NCBI GenBank assembly: GCA_012837435.1
Contig: DURD01000025.1
Span: 5,840-69,839, forward strand
Source: Erysipelotrichaceae bacterium
GTDB lineage: Bacteria; Bacillota_I; Bacilli_A; RFN20; CAG-826
Length of the DNA: 64,000 nucleotides
Direction: 5' to 3'
Part shown: positions 1 through 9,464 of the stretch, one piece after another
Position numbering within the stretch: the stretch's first letter is position 1
Layout of the letters: each line of letters starts with the position of its first letter
The notes under the pieces: model-generated
Told to the model about the DNA's origin: nothing
The model's database searches: none
Seen by the model: only the letters and a program-made list of their open reading frames with translations
Made by a program: the position numbers and the translations under genes

Positions 1-524
1 ATTTAGATGGCGTAAACGCAGCTCGTGCTTTGAGAGAAAAAGATAGTAACGTTATTTTGTTTTTTATTACCGCCACTCAACAATATGCTTTAGAAGGATA
101 CGAGGTTGATGCATTGGATTACATTCTTAAACCGATAAGTTATTATGAATTTGCTTTAAAGTTTACAAAGGCAATTAAAAAACTCGGAACTAAACAACCG
201 TCGTCAATCGTTGTTAAAACTAATAAAGGTTACAAAAGGATTTTTGAGCATGACATACTTTATGTCGAAGTTATAGCCCATCATTGTTATTTTCATACAA
301 AAGATGGAGTTTTCAAACAATACCAAACAATGAAAAATGTCATTAAGATTTTAAATAGTGATACGTTTGTAAAGTGCAATAACTGTTATTTGGTAAATTT
401 AGCCTATGTTTCTTCGGTAAAAAATCATTCTGTCATCGTCAATGGTGAAGCATTATTGATGAGCCATCCAAGAAAGAAGGAATTTACAAACAGATATTTA
501 GCTTATGCTAGTAAAAGAAAATAG
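1..524 (+). CDS. LytTR-family response regulator, 5'-truncated by the window edge
   Basis: The frame is open from base 3 (LDGVNAARALREKD...), and the ORF-track M at 30 is an internal TTG. A receiver-domain tail (DALDYILKPISYYEF) is followed by a LytTR-type DNA-binding domain (ILYVEV..HHCYFHTKDG...CYLVNLAYV). Confidence 0.85.
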   Translation, partial: LDGVNAARALREKDSNVILFFITATQQYALEGYEVDALDYILKPISYYEFALKFTKAIKKLGTKQPSSIVVKTNKGYKRIFEHDILYVEVIAHHCYFHTKDGVFKQYQTMKNVIKILNSDTFVKCNNCYLVNLAYVSSVKNHSVIVNGEALLMSHPRKKEFTNRYLAYASKRK

Positions 525-530
525 GTAGAT

Positions 531-1907
531 ATGTTTCTCGAAATTATTTCAAATTTTTTGGGCGATTATACAAGAGAAGCTTTTTCTTTTTGTTTAACAT
601 ATTTTCATTATTTCCTAGCATCTTCATTATTTTTAGTAAAACGCAAAAAGAGAAGTTTTTTTCATCTTCGAATTATTTTAGGGTTTATCGTGGGTCTTTT
701 TGTCGCTCTCGGCATTGGCTACATTAATTTTATAAGTTTATCAAGTAGGTTTACTGTCTTGATAAGGTGCATTTGTTATTTGTTTTTATCCCTTACTCCA
801 TTAGCTGTATTTTTTATATCTTACGACGAAACACCAAGTGAAATTCTTCTTGGGTGGACATCTGGAATTGCCGCACAGCACATCGCCAACAAATCTTTCC
901 CTTTGATTCAATATTTTTTAGGTATAGATGAAAGGGCAACAATTTCATTAATCAACAGGAATACGGAAGAGATACAGTTTTATGATTTCTTAATATACTT
1001 CGCTTATTATATTGCCTTATATATTCTCTTAGCCTTTCTTTTTAGGAGAGATACTAATCTTGCATATGATAAAAAGACATCCAGATCTGTTGTCGGATTA
1101 TCAGTAACCACCACTCTTTTTGCAAACTCAGTTATTTGTACTGCGAGATTGTACGAACCCGAAAGCGATTCATTGAACATTATTATAAAAATCTTTTCCA
1201 TCTTCTTTGGTTTAGTTGTTCTTTTAATCGGAAAAGGCCTATTCGAACAAAATAAAAAAATTGCTGATATGGTTGTGCTCGAAGAACTTTGGCATCAAGA
1301 GAAACTACAGTACGAAAGTATTAAAGCTAGTATGGATATGATTAACATTAAAGTTCACGACTTAAAACATATTTTAAATAAAGTCGAAAACGAAATTAAT
1401 AGCGAAGATTTTGAAAGTTTGAAGAAAGCCGTAGAATTTTACGATGGAACAATAAGAACAGGAAATGATGTTTTAGATGTGATATTGTACGAAAAAGTCT
1501 CTTTGTGTAAGAAAAATAACGTTAAACTTACTGTCATGGCGGATGCCAAAAAACTTACTTTTTTATCTCCCTCAAAACTCTTCTCTCTGTTTGGCAACAT
1601 TATTGAAAACGCGATTAACGCAACCAAAGATTTGTCTGATCCGACTATGCGTATTATTTCTTTAACTATCAAAGAAAAAAATAATTTCTTAATTATCGAA
1701 GAGACAAATTTTTATGAAGGTGTTTTAGAACTTACTGACGAAAACACAATTTTGACAAAAAATGAAAATAAAAATAAACACGGTTATGGTTTAAAGAGCA
1801 TTAATTATATTGTAAAAGAATGCAAAGGTTCTTTAGACATTACCACGGATAATGGTTGTTTTGCTCTAACAATTTCTCTTCCCTTGCCTAAAGAAAAACA
1901 AAATTAA
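531..1907 (+). CDS. AgrC/ComD-like (GHKL) sensor histidine kinase with a polytopic membrane N-terminus
   Basis: There are about 6 hydrophobic helices in the first ~230 aa. They are followed by an H-box-like segment (KVHDLKHILNKV) and an ATPase domain (IENAINAT...KHGYGLKSINYIVKECKGSL). The gene starts 6 nt after the LytTR regulator. Confidence 0.8.
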   Translation: MFLEIISNFLGDYTREAFSFCLTYFHYFLASSLFLVKRKKRSFFHLRIILGFIVGLFVALGIGYINFISLSSRFTVLIRCICYLFLSLTPLAVFFISYDETPSEILLGWTSGIAAQHIANKSFPLIQYFLGIDERATISLINRNTEEIQFYDFLIYFAYYIALYILLAFLFRRDTNLAYDKKTSRSVVGLSVTTTLFANSVICTARLYEPESDSLNIIIKIFSIFFGLVVLLIGKGLFEQNKKIADMVVLEELWHQEKLQYESIKASMDMINIKVHDLKHILNKVENEINSEDFESLKKAVEFYDGTIRTGNDVLDVILYEKVSLCKKNNVKLTVMADAKKLTFLSPSKLFSLFGNIIENAINATKDLSDPTMRIISLTIKEKNNFLIIEETNFYEGVLELTDENTILTKNENKNKHGYGLKSINYIVKECKGSLDITTDNGCFALTISLPLPKEKQN

Positions 1908-1928
1908 CCTAACCTTATAGCAAATCTT

Positions 1929-4337
1929 TTATCTAATCGTAATAATATATTCTTTGTTTTGCGTAATCTGAACGATTGTTTTGTTGTCGCTATTTTGAAG
2001 TGTATAGTTCCCACCTTCAACGCTGATGTTGTCCCCTAAAACATGGGGAATTGAAACGTAACCTTTTGCGGCGATTGAACTTATTTTTAGTGTTTTGCTT
2101 CCGTCATCATCAGAAGAGAAATTTAATCCAATATTGCCTTTAATGGTGTAGGTTTGACTTTTATAAGAAGTTAATAAGTTCGTTAAATCCAAAGCAAATT
2201 CTTCGTAGCCAGCTTTTAATGGCTTAAGACCAATTATGTATTTACCAACGATGTAACAAGGTCCTGAACTCCAAGCGTGATTGAATGTACCATCCGATAT
2301 ATCAAATTTTTCGTATAACGTATCTTTACTATCCTTAATCATCTCATCGTAACGATTAAGCATTCTTTCCATAGCTAAATCAATTCTTCCCATATAACAA
2401 AGAGCTTCAATCACGTATTTTTCAATAAACGGAGAAGCTTGAAACGTAGAAGTTAAAACATTAATAATTGTTTCATAATCGCTAGGTTCTGCTAAACCGC
2501 TCAGCGCTAGAAGGGCATTCGCGCGATCATCGACATAGCGACTAGAAGAGTCCTTGAATCCCTCGACAGTATAGTAAGCTTGATGATACTTAGCTTTCAT
2601 CGAAGCCATTCGTTCATCAATAAAAGTAACATCGTCGTTCATTTCTAATTCTTCGCTCAATTGTTTTACCAAATTTAGGGCATAATAGTAGAAACCAACT
2701 TGCAATAAATTACTATCAATTTTTTCACCCCAATCATTCCATGTCCATGAGCCGTAACGATAAACTGGTAACCCATTGCTCATTTCAAACAATTTTAAAT
2801 AATCGAGACAGGCTTTGTAGTAAATCTTCATGGTGTCGATATCTTTAGTATGCTGCCAGTAATGAAAAGCACTGGTCAAAAATGCTAGGGATTGATTTGG
2901 AATTTCCTGAGGCTTTACTGAAGGAGCTCTACTTGGAATAACACCATCGTTTTTAGTCCAGCCAATACAAGCAAGAATGGACTTTTTGATAAGATCTAGT
3001 CCACCTTCTCCGTAGCAATACAAAGTGGAGTCCACTTGATTGCTTGCGTCACCCATGTAAGGACCTCTTTCTCTATCTGGACAGTCCATAAAACTATCAC
3101 GCATGCAAACTCTAACTGTGTTTTGAGCTTTTTTCCAAAGAGTGTCAATGTCAGCGTTGGATGTTTCAACTGGCGGCATCATTTCGCCGTTAAAATAAGA
3201 AAAACGATAACCTAATTTTGTAAATTTTACTCCTGCAGGAGCTTCGATATATAGTGTATATCCGCTTCTCCAAGGATAGTTTTCGTATTCTTGAGTGCCT
3301 CCTTTGCAAATATAGGTGTCCATGAATGACTTTAAACCATCGTTATATGAATAAGAGTCTGTGTAGATAGTCAATTTTTGACCAGCTTGAGCTTCTAAAC
3401 CAATAACCCATGAAAATTGAATATCTGTCGGTAAATTAAGCTCTAATTTAGTATCTTGAATTAGAGTTTTGCCAGTATATTCGTCAGCGTTAGAAAAATC
3501 TACAACTTCATCGAATATAATTGGTTTTGTAACTGCTTTATACAAATCGCCAAATGGCAAATAACCAGCTTTACATATCGAAGAAGCCTTTTCCCAATCT
3601 GCATCGTCAAAACTTAAACTACGATAATCACCGATATCTTGTCTAGCATCATAACAAACATTTCTTTCTGCTAGCATCGAGGAGAGTGAGTAGGCGGGAT
3701 AATCTTTTTTTCCAGTAATTTTATTTAGATAAGCTCGAATTCGACTCGCTTTAAAGGTGTTATCCGATTTAATGAGAGTGTTGCCAGCCTGCATTTCAAA
3801 CAATAATCCGGCTTGAGAAATCTCGTCGCCTTCACTATCGATGCGCGTTGGATTGATAGAACCATCTCCGCTGCGGCCATTAAAAGCAACAAGAATAACG
3901 ATAATATTTTCGCCTTCCGCCAGATTAGTAATCTCTACTTCATCATAATAGGAATCGTAAGGAGTTGGTCCACGTTTTAAAGAACCATCGATTATCGTCA
4001 ATTTTTCATTGACCCAAAGAAAATATTTTGATTCCGCTGAAATGTAAGCTATCGTAGAAGATATATTCTCATCAAGAGTAAACTTTTTTCTAAAAGCGAC
4101 ATAGCTGTCTTCTGAACAATATTGTGTCCAAATCCAGTGAGCTTTCCAATCATCTTTTTTGTATTTTTCTATGCCGTTTAGATATTTTAAGTCATCTCTA
4201 TTGGCCTTCTCTGTTTCAGGTATAGCGTCCCCCCCTTCACTATTTCTATTTTTTGAAGAAGATGCTGAGGTATTGCAAGCACACAAGCAAAAAGAGATAA
4301 TGCTCGCAAATAATAAAAAATTGACTTTCGTTTTCAT
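1929..4337 (-). CDS. Surface lipoprotein, GH78-like alpha-L-rhamnosidase (six-hairpin) family
   Basis: The N-terminus has a signal peptide with a lipobox (FCLCAC-N). The catalytic-domain signature MDCPDRERGPYMGDA resembles the GH78 DCPQRDER.GW.GD motif seen in the paralog at 53306-55852. Length is 802 aa. Confidence 0.6.
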   Translation of the reverse strand: MKTKVNFLLFASIISFCLCACNTSASSSKNRNSEGGDAIPETEKANRDDLKYLNGIEKYKKDDWKAHWIWTQYCSEDSYVAFRKKFTLDENISSTIAYISAESKYFLWVNEKLTIIDGSLKRGPTPYDSYYDEVEITNLAEGENIIVILVAFNGRSGDGSINPTRIDSEGDEISQAGLLFEMQAGNTLIKSDNTFKASRIRAYLNKITGKKDYPAYSLSSMLAERNVCYDARQDIGDYRSLSFDDADWEKASSICKAGYLPFGDLYKAVTKPIIFDEVVDFSNADEYTGKTLIQDTKLELNLPTDIQFSWVIGLEAQAGQKLTIYTDSYSYNDGLKSFMDTYICKGGTQEYENYPWRSGYTLYIEAPAGVKFTKLGYRFSYFNGEMMPPVETSNADIDTLWKKAQNTVRVCMRDSFMDCPDRERGPYMGDASNQVDSTLYCYGEGGLDLIKKSILACIGWTKNDGVIPSRAPSVKPQEIPNQSLAFLTSAFHYWQHTKDIDTMKIYYKACLDYLKLFEMSNGLPVYRYGSWTWNDWGEKIDSNLLQVGFYYYALNLVKQLSEELEMNDDVTFIDERMASMKAKYHQAYYTVEGFKDSSSRYVDDRANALLALSGLAEPSDYETIINVLTSTFQASPFIEKYVIEALCYMGRIDLAMERMLNRYDEMIKDSKDTLYEKFDISDGTFNHAWSSGPCYIVGKYIIGLKPLKAGYEEFALDLTNLLTSYKSQTYTIKGNIGLNFSSDDDGSKTLKISSIAAKGYVSIPHVLGDNISVEGGNYTLQNSDNKTIVQITQNKEYIITIR

Positions 4338-4603
4338 GAGAAGCTCCTTTTATTAATTAAACATATTAATAATTTGGTCTAAATAACAACTATTTCAACA
4401 TATCCTTATGTTTTAAACGCATAGATTTTGCACAATTAAAATTATTTTTAAATTAATATCTTAGTTCTACAGTTTCACTTAAATTAGTTAGTAATTTTGG
4501 CACGTTTCTTTTCTATATATCTCTCACTACGAAGGTAGATGTGGTTACTTTTCTATCAATCAATATAAATCTATAATGAAAATATAATAAGGAAAAGAGA
4601 TAA

Positions 4604-4940
4604 AAAGTCAATAAACGAGCGGATTATGAACATTAAGAAATTGATACAATTATATCTAGACGAGGGAGATCGAAAGCGTGTTTCATAACTATTGTTGAAA
4701 GAAAATCCAGATTTTATTAGGCTATTAAATCATCTAATCGTCACGCGGATGTTGTGGCAAGATCAATCACAGATTATCTTAAACAATATCCCCCTGAACT
4801 TGTTAAAACTATAACAACAGATAGCGGAAAAGAATTTGCCAAATGGGAACAAATAGAAAAAGAACTCAACTGGGCACCTTCATCAAGGTTGATGTCTGAA
4901 GCTATCTCAAAGTGTTGCACTCAAGATTACAAATTACAGT
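4604..4940 (+). pseudogene. IS30-family transposase remnant (in-frame stops, internal deletion, retains the 3' element end)
   Basis: One frame reads KVNKRADYEH*EIDTIISRRGRSKACFITIVERKSRFY*AIKSSNRHADVVARSITDYLKQYPPELVKTITTDSGKEFAKWEQIEKELN. It then jumps to a C-terminal stub, ...SEAISKCCTQDYKLQ*. The HWE.DTI, VERKSRF and D.GKEF motifs are typical of the IS30 DDE core. Two stop codons and missing N- and C-terminal parts are visible. Confidence 0.75.
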
Positions 4941-5058
4941 GATATAAAATGATGGATTCCATCCATCATAAAAAATGCGCTTAAAATGTCGAAAGAAATA
5001 ATATCAAAAACATTAAATTTATTTGTTATGATATCAACGTGTTTATTGCCCAAATTTA

Positions 5059-5841
5059 ATGCAGAACAACGCATTGAGATTAACGAGACATTATATGAAG
5101 TTAATTGATTTTTTTAAAGAATACCCAAGAGTTGCAATCGCATTTTCTGGAGGGGTGGACTCAACTTATCTTTTATATGTTGCAAAGCAATGTGCGATAG
5201 AAGTACAAGCTTATTATGTAAAAACTGCTTTTCAACCACAGTTTGAGTTAAATGACGCACTGCGTATTGCTAACGAACTCGGTACACAAGTGAAAATACT
5301 GCATCTAGATGTTGTTTTAGATGAGAGAATCTCATCTAATCCTAATAATCGTTGCTATTACTGCAAAAGGAAACTTTTTGAAGCCATTAAAAAAAAGGCT
5401 GAGGTCGATGGATTTACTGTTGTACTAGATGGAACAAATGCATCTGATGACATCAGTGATCGTCCTGGTACAAAAGCGCTTCATGAATTATCAGTGATTT
5501 CGCCACTTAGATTATGTGGATTGACCAAAACTGAGATTCGACAATTGTCGCGTAATGCAGGACTATTTACATGGAATAAGCTCGCCTACTCCTGTCTTGC
5601 CACGCGCATTTCAGTAGGAGAACAAATCACCGAGAAGAAATTGCGAATAATAGAAACTGTGGAAAATTATCTGTTTTCGCTTGGTTTAAGCAACTTTCGT
5701 GTCCGCCACATGGGGGATGCGGCTAAAATACAAGTTTCTGCTTCGCAAATTGAAAAAATTATTGAAAATCGAGAGAGCATTATCGCAGAATTGAAACAAT
5801 ACTATTCAGCGGTTTTGCTAGATTTGGAGGTAAGAGAATGA
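5059..5841 (+). CDS. larE: LarE, ATP-dependent sacrificial sulfur transferase (PP-loop) for nickel-pincer cofactor synthesis
   Basis: It has the PP-loop AFSGGVDSTYLL and a conserved Cys region (NRCYYCKRKLF). It is followed by larB and larC, with an ATGA overlap to larB. The start is uncertain, since the ATG at 5095 (MKLIDFF...) is also plausible. Confidence 0.85.
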   Translation: MQNNALRLTRHYMKLIDFFKEYPRVAIAFSGGVDSTYLLYVAKQCAIEVQAYYVKTAFQPQFELNDALRIANELGTQVKILHLDVVLDERISSNPNNRCYYCKRKLFEAIKKKAEVDGFTVVLDGTNASDDISDRPGTKALHELSVISPLRLCGLTKTEIRQLSRNAGLFTWNKLAYSCLATRISVGEQITEKKLRIIETVENYLFSLGLSNFRVRHMGDAAKIQVSASQIEKIIENRESIIAELKQYYSAVLLDLEVRE

Positions 5842-6590
5842 AAACGGAAGTTAAAACGATTCTGGAAGCCGTCCGTGTAGGAGAAATGAGCGTTGACGAC
5901 GCCATCCTTGCTTTGAAAAAGGAACCATTCGAAGATATAGGTTATGCTAAAATCGATCTGCATCGTGGCATTCGCCAAGGTATACCAGAAGTTATATATG
6001 GCGCAGGAAAAACTGCTGAACAAATAATTGGGCTCGTGGAGAAAATGAAACTCAGAGGACAAAAAACAATTCTAATCACACGACTTTCTCCAGAGATAGC
6101 TAAAAAAATCGAAAAAACACATTCGATGGATTATCACAAGGAAGCTAAAATTGGAATTATCGGTTCCATTCCAAGCGCGAATGGAATTGGAAAAATTGTT
6201 GTGGCGACCGGAGGAACTAGCGACATGCCCGTAGCAGAAGAAGCTGCGTTAACCGCTGAAGTACATGGCAACGAAGTTATTCGGCTGTATGATGTTGGAG
6301 TAGCGGGATTGCATCGCCTCCTTGCACACTTAGACGAGATAATGAGTGCGAGTGTAATTATTGCCATTGCTGGAATGGAAGGAGCTCTAGTCAGTGTAAT
6401 TGGAGGACTAGCAGATTGCCCTGTAATCGCTGTCCCTACAAGCGTTGGCTATGGAGCATCTTTTAACGGATTATCCGCACTCTTATCCATGCTAAATTCT
6501 TGTGCTAGTGGGGTATCTGTAGTGAATATTGATAATGGTTTTGGAGCTGGATATTTGGCGAGCATGATTAACCATATGGAGGCAAAATAA
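5838..6590 (+). CDS. larB: LarB, pyridinium-3,5-biscarboxylic acid mononucleotide synthase (PurE/AIR-carboxylase-like)
   Basis: It has a PurE-like C-terminal domain (VVATGGTSDMPVAEEA...VIIAIAGMEGALVSVIGGL...PVIAVPTSVGYG). It sits between larE and larC. Confidence 0.85.
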   Translation: MKTEVKTILEAVRVGEMSVDDAILALKKEPFEDIGYAKIDLHRGIRQGIPEVIYGAGKTAEQIIGLVEKMKLRGQKTILITRLSPEIAKKIEKTHSMDYHKEAKIGIIGSIPSANGIGKIVVATGGTSDMPVAEEAALTAEVHGNEVIRLYDVGVAGLHRLLAHLDEIMSASVIIAIAGMEGALVSVIGGLADCPVIAVPTSVGYGASFNGLSALLSMLNSCASGVSVVNIDNGFGAGYLASMINHMEAK

Positions 6591-6591
6591 G

Positions 6592-7809
6592 ATGAAGATA
6601 TTATATTTAGATTGTGGAATGGGGGCAGCAGGCGATATGCTAACTGCTGCATTAATAGAACTTCTTCCAAACAAGGCAGAGTTTCTGTCTGAACTGAATA
6701 ACCTCGGTATTCCTGGGGTTTCAATTACCAGCGAATTATCAGTAAAATGCGGTATTCGTGGAACACACATTGTAGTAAAAGTTGATGGCAAAGAGGAAGG
6801 AATTTGTGCACACGCTTGTGAACATGAACGCTCCCACGATGAGAAACATGCACACCATCACAGCGGAATGCACGATATTGAACATATTATCAAGCAGTTG
6901 TCAGTTTCTGAAAAGATAAAAGCAGATGTTTTGGCTGTTTATTCGTTGATTGCGGAAGCAGAAAGTCATGTTCATGGCGTTCCAATCACAGAAATCCATT
7001 TTCACGAGGTGGGAACAATGGATGCTATCGCAGATATAACCGCGGTCTGTATGCTAATGGATCGCTTATCTCCCGAACAAGTTATTGTCTCTCCAATTCA
7101 CGTCGGAAGCGGTCATGTGGAGTGTGCTCACGGAATTTTGCCTGTTCCAGCGCCTGCAACGGCATACATTCTACGCGATATCCCAATTTACGGAGGCAAG
7201 ATTAAAAGCGAGTTGTGCACTCCCACTGGAGCAGCTTTATTGAAACATTTTGCGACAAGGTTTGGAGATATGCCAATTATGAGAACGACCGCCATCGGTT
7301 ACGGCATGGGAAAAAAAGATTTTGCTGCTGCAAATTGTGTTCGAGCCCTGCTCGGAGAAATAGATAATGCAGATAATGTTGGCGATACGGTTGTCGAACT
7401 TTTTTGCAACCTTGATGACATGACAGCCGAAGCGATAGGATTTGCAGAAGAGCAGTTCTTTTCATCAGGAGCTTTAGAAGTCTACACCATTCCTGCTCAG
7501 ATGAAAAAATCACGTCCCGGCTATCTGCTTTCAGTCATGTGTCGCGAAAAAGATAAAGAGGAGATGCTCAGACTTATTTTTCGACATACGACCACTCTAG
7601 GCGTGCGTGAGAATATCAGTCATCGCTACACCTTATCGCGTTCGATTGAAACGATAACGACAGAGTATGGTCAAGTAAGAAAAAAAGTATCTAGGGGATA
7701 CGGTGTTACAAAGATGAAATATGAGTTTGAAGATGTCGCCCGCATTGCACAAGAAAGAAATATGAGTCTTGCTGAAGTGATAGAATTTATCGCTGAACAA
7801 GAAAAGTAA
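6592..7809 (+). CDS. larC: LarC, nickel insertion protein (DUF111 family), single uninterrupted ORF
   Basis: The N-terminus MKILYLDCGMGAAGDM, the His-rich Ni-binding loop HACEHERSHDEKHAHHHSGMHD, and FHEVGTMDAIADI are all present. The 405-aa ORF has no frameshift. Confidence 0.9.
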   Translation: MKILYLDCGMGAAGDMLTAALIELLPNKAEFLSELNNLGIPGVSITSELSVKCGIRGTHIVVKVDGKEEGICAHACEHERSHDEKHAHHHSGMHDIEHIIKQLSVSEKIKADVLAVYSLIAEAESHVHGVPITEIHFHEVGTMDAIADITAVCMLMDRLSPEQVIVSPIHVGSGHVECAHGILPVPAPATAYILRDIPIYGGKIKSELCTPTGAALLKHFATRFGDMPIMRTTAIGYGMGKKDFAAANCVRALLGEIDNADNVGDTVVELFCNLDDMTAEAIGFAEEQFFSSGALEVYTIPAQMKKSRPGYLLSVMCREKDKEEMLRLIFRHTTTLGVRENISHRYTLSRSIETITTEYGQVRKKVSRGYGVTKMKYEFEDVARIAQERNMSLAEVIEFIAEQEK

Positions 7810-7972
7810 ATCTTTCTATCTTAATTGCATAAAAAATGATAAAAAATACGCAAAAAAAGAAAGAATGTGTACGATTTTACGCACAACGTTCTCTCTTAAA
7901 AATACTGTTTCATTAATTTTTTCTGATGTTGTAACTGATTATTTTTCGCTATTACGTGTAACAATTGAATCC

Positions 7973-8032
7973 TCCTTCAAGATTGGTGTCTAAAACTATC
8001 TCAAAGTGTTACACCTAAATTTACAAATTACT
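7973..8032 (+). repeat. Solo second copy of the IS30-type 3' end (direct repeat of 4878-4939)
   Basis: The sequence caagattggtgtctaaaactatctcaaagtgttacacctaaatttacaaattac aligns with caaggttgatgtctgaagctatctcaaagtgttgcactcaagattacaaattac at 4884-4937. The identical core is ctatctcaaagtgtt. It translates as a KVLHLNLQI-type transposase C-terminus with a stop. Confidence 0.7.
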
Positions 8033-8053
8033 ATCAGTAAGGTGCTAGTAAAA

Positions 8054-8461
8054 TTAGTCAACCCATGTAATTAAGACAATAGGAGCATTATCGCCGCGAC
8101 GATTTTCTAACTTATATTGTCTAGTATAACCGCCATCGCGTTCCTTCATCTTCGGGCCAATTTCGCTGAATAATTTGTCTAAAGCTGTGGTGTTTGTTTT
8201 TTTGTCAGCGACGATGTTGCGGACAAATCGAGCGGCTTGGCGTTTAGCGTTCATAACATCTTCTTTTTTAGTTAATGTCACTAAACGATCCGCTTCTTTG
8301 ATGACATCTTTTGCCGTCGCTTCTGTCACTTTGATTGAACCGTGAATGATTAAATCTGTGACAACATTGCGGAGCATGTTTTCATATTTGCTTTTGGTAT
8401 AGGCCGCTTTAAATCTGACACCGGCTTTACCATGAACGTTTTTTCTACCTTGTGCTGGCAT
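8054..8461 (-). CDS. rplQ: 50S ribosomal protein L17
   Basis: The L17 core is present (ENMLRNVVTDLIIHGSIKVTEATAKD...RDGGYTRQYKLENRRGDNAPIVLI). It is the last gene after rpoA. The N-terminus is ~13 aa longer than typical. Confidence 0.95.
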   Translation of the reverse strand: MPAQGRKNVHGKAGVRFKAAYTKSKYENMLRNVVTDLIIHGSIKVTEATAKDVIKEADRLVTLTKKEDVMNAKRQAARFVRNIVADKKTNTTALDKLFSEIGPKMKERDGGYTRQYKLENRRGDNAPIVLITWVD

Positions 8462-8476
8462 AAAGTCTAGCCTCCT

Positions 8477-9442
8477 CTATTCAAAATCTTTGAATGATAA
8501 GCCATAAGCCGCGAGTTTCTCTTTAATTTCTTTGAGAGATTTTTTACCGAGGTTTTTGACTTTCATCATTTCTTCTTCAGTTCTTCCTGTTAGTTCTAAG
8601 ACAGTAGCAACACCCGCTCTTTTTAAGCAGTTGTAAGAACGAACCGATAAGTCGAGTTCTTCGATAATGAAGTTCTCATATTTATTTTCTTCCACTTGAA
8701 CGACATCTTTTTCGATGTTGATATCGCGGGCGATTTCCGCCACATCGAGAAACTTAGCTAAATGGTCGATGAGAATTTTTGCCGACATGGCGAGCGCTTC
8801 TTGGGGAAGCACGGACCCGTTTGTCCAAACTTCAATCGTCAAGATATCGAAACGGCTATCGTGACCAACACGAGTGCCATCAACGATATAATTAGCTTTT
8901 TTCACTGGAGAATAATTGCTGTCGGTACAGATAGTACCTAGAGGCAAAGATGGACGGAGAACTTTATTTTGTTCGCCAGTCACATAACCACGACCATTGC
9001 GAGCGTGGAGAATCATGCGTAAGGAACCGCTTTCGGTCACATTGGCAATCACCAAGTCTGGGTTCACTACTTCCACGCCAGTTGGACAAATAATGTCTCC
9101 AGCTTTAACAACAGCTGGACCAGTGACATTGATTTCTAATCTTTTGTTTGATGTGTCTTCGTTATCAATACGTAAAATTAAATCTTTTAGATTTAAAACG
9201 ATAGTGGTCACATCTTCTTCAACGCCTGGAAGGGCGGTAAATTCATGACGAGCCCCTTCCACTTCTACCGCGTAAATGGACGCGCCAGGTAAAGATGAAA
9301 GTAGAACTCTGCGTAAGGCATTACCTAGAGTAAGTCCGAATCCTCTCTCCAGAGGTTCGATAACAAAACGACCATAGTTTTCAATATTATCGTAATCGGC
9401 TTGGGTAATACCAAATCTTTCAAATGGATTTGCAATTTTCAT
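8477..9442 (-). CDS. rpoA: DNA-directed RNA polymerase subunit alpha
   Basis: MKIANPFERFGI...GNALRRVLLSSLPGASI...C-terminal domain SVRSYNCLKRAGV. The start is set at ATG 9442, which has a GGAGGG RBS at 9451-9456. The ORF-track start at 9526 would overlap rpsK. Confidence 0.95.
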   Translation of the reverse strand: MKIANPFERFGITQADYDNIENYGRFVIEPLERGFGLTLGNALRRVLLSSLPGASIYAVEVEGARHEFTALPGVEEDVTTIVLNLKDLILRIDNEDTSNKRLEINVTGPAVVKAGDIICPTGVEVVNPDLVIANVTESGSLRMILHARNGRGYVTGEQNKVLRPSLPLGTICTDSNYSPVKKANYIVDGTRVGHDSRFDILTIEVWTNGSVLPQEALAMSAKILIDHLAKFLDVAEIARDINIEKDVVQVEENKYENFIIEELDLSVRSYNCLKRAGVATVLELTGRTEEEMMKVKNLGKKSLKEIKEKLAAYGLSFKDFE

Positions 9443-9464
9443 AAATGTTTCCCTCCTAACTTCA

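Noticed and set aside
4754-4942. A 62-aa ORF offered as a gene
   Set aside because: It is a fragment of the decayed IS30-family transposase. It has a GTG pseudo-start, upstream in-frame stops, and an internal deletion joining the DDE core to the C-terminal stub.
5802-6791. Antisense ORFs of 77-99 aa inside larB and larC
   Set aside because: They lie entirely within well-supported lar genes and have no motifs or RBSs.
7810-7972. Possible terminator hairpin after larC (gaatgtgtacgattttacgcacaacgttc)
   Set aside because: The pairing is imperfect and has no following T-tract, so I could not support it as an intrinsic terminator.
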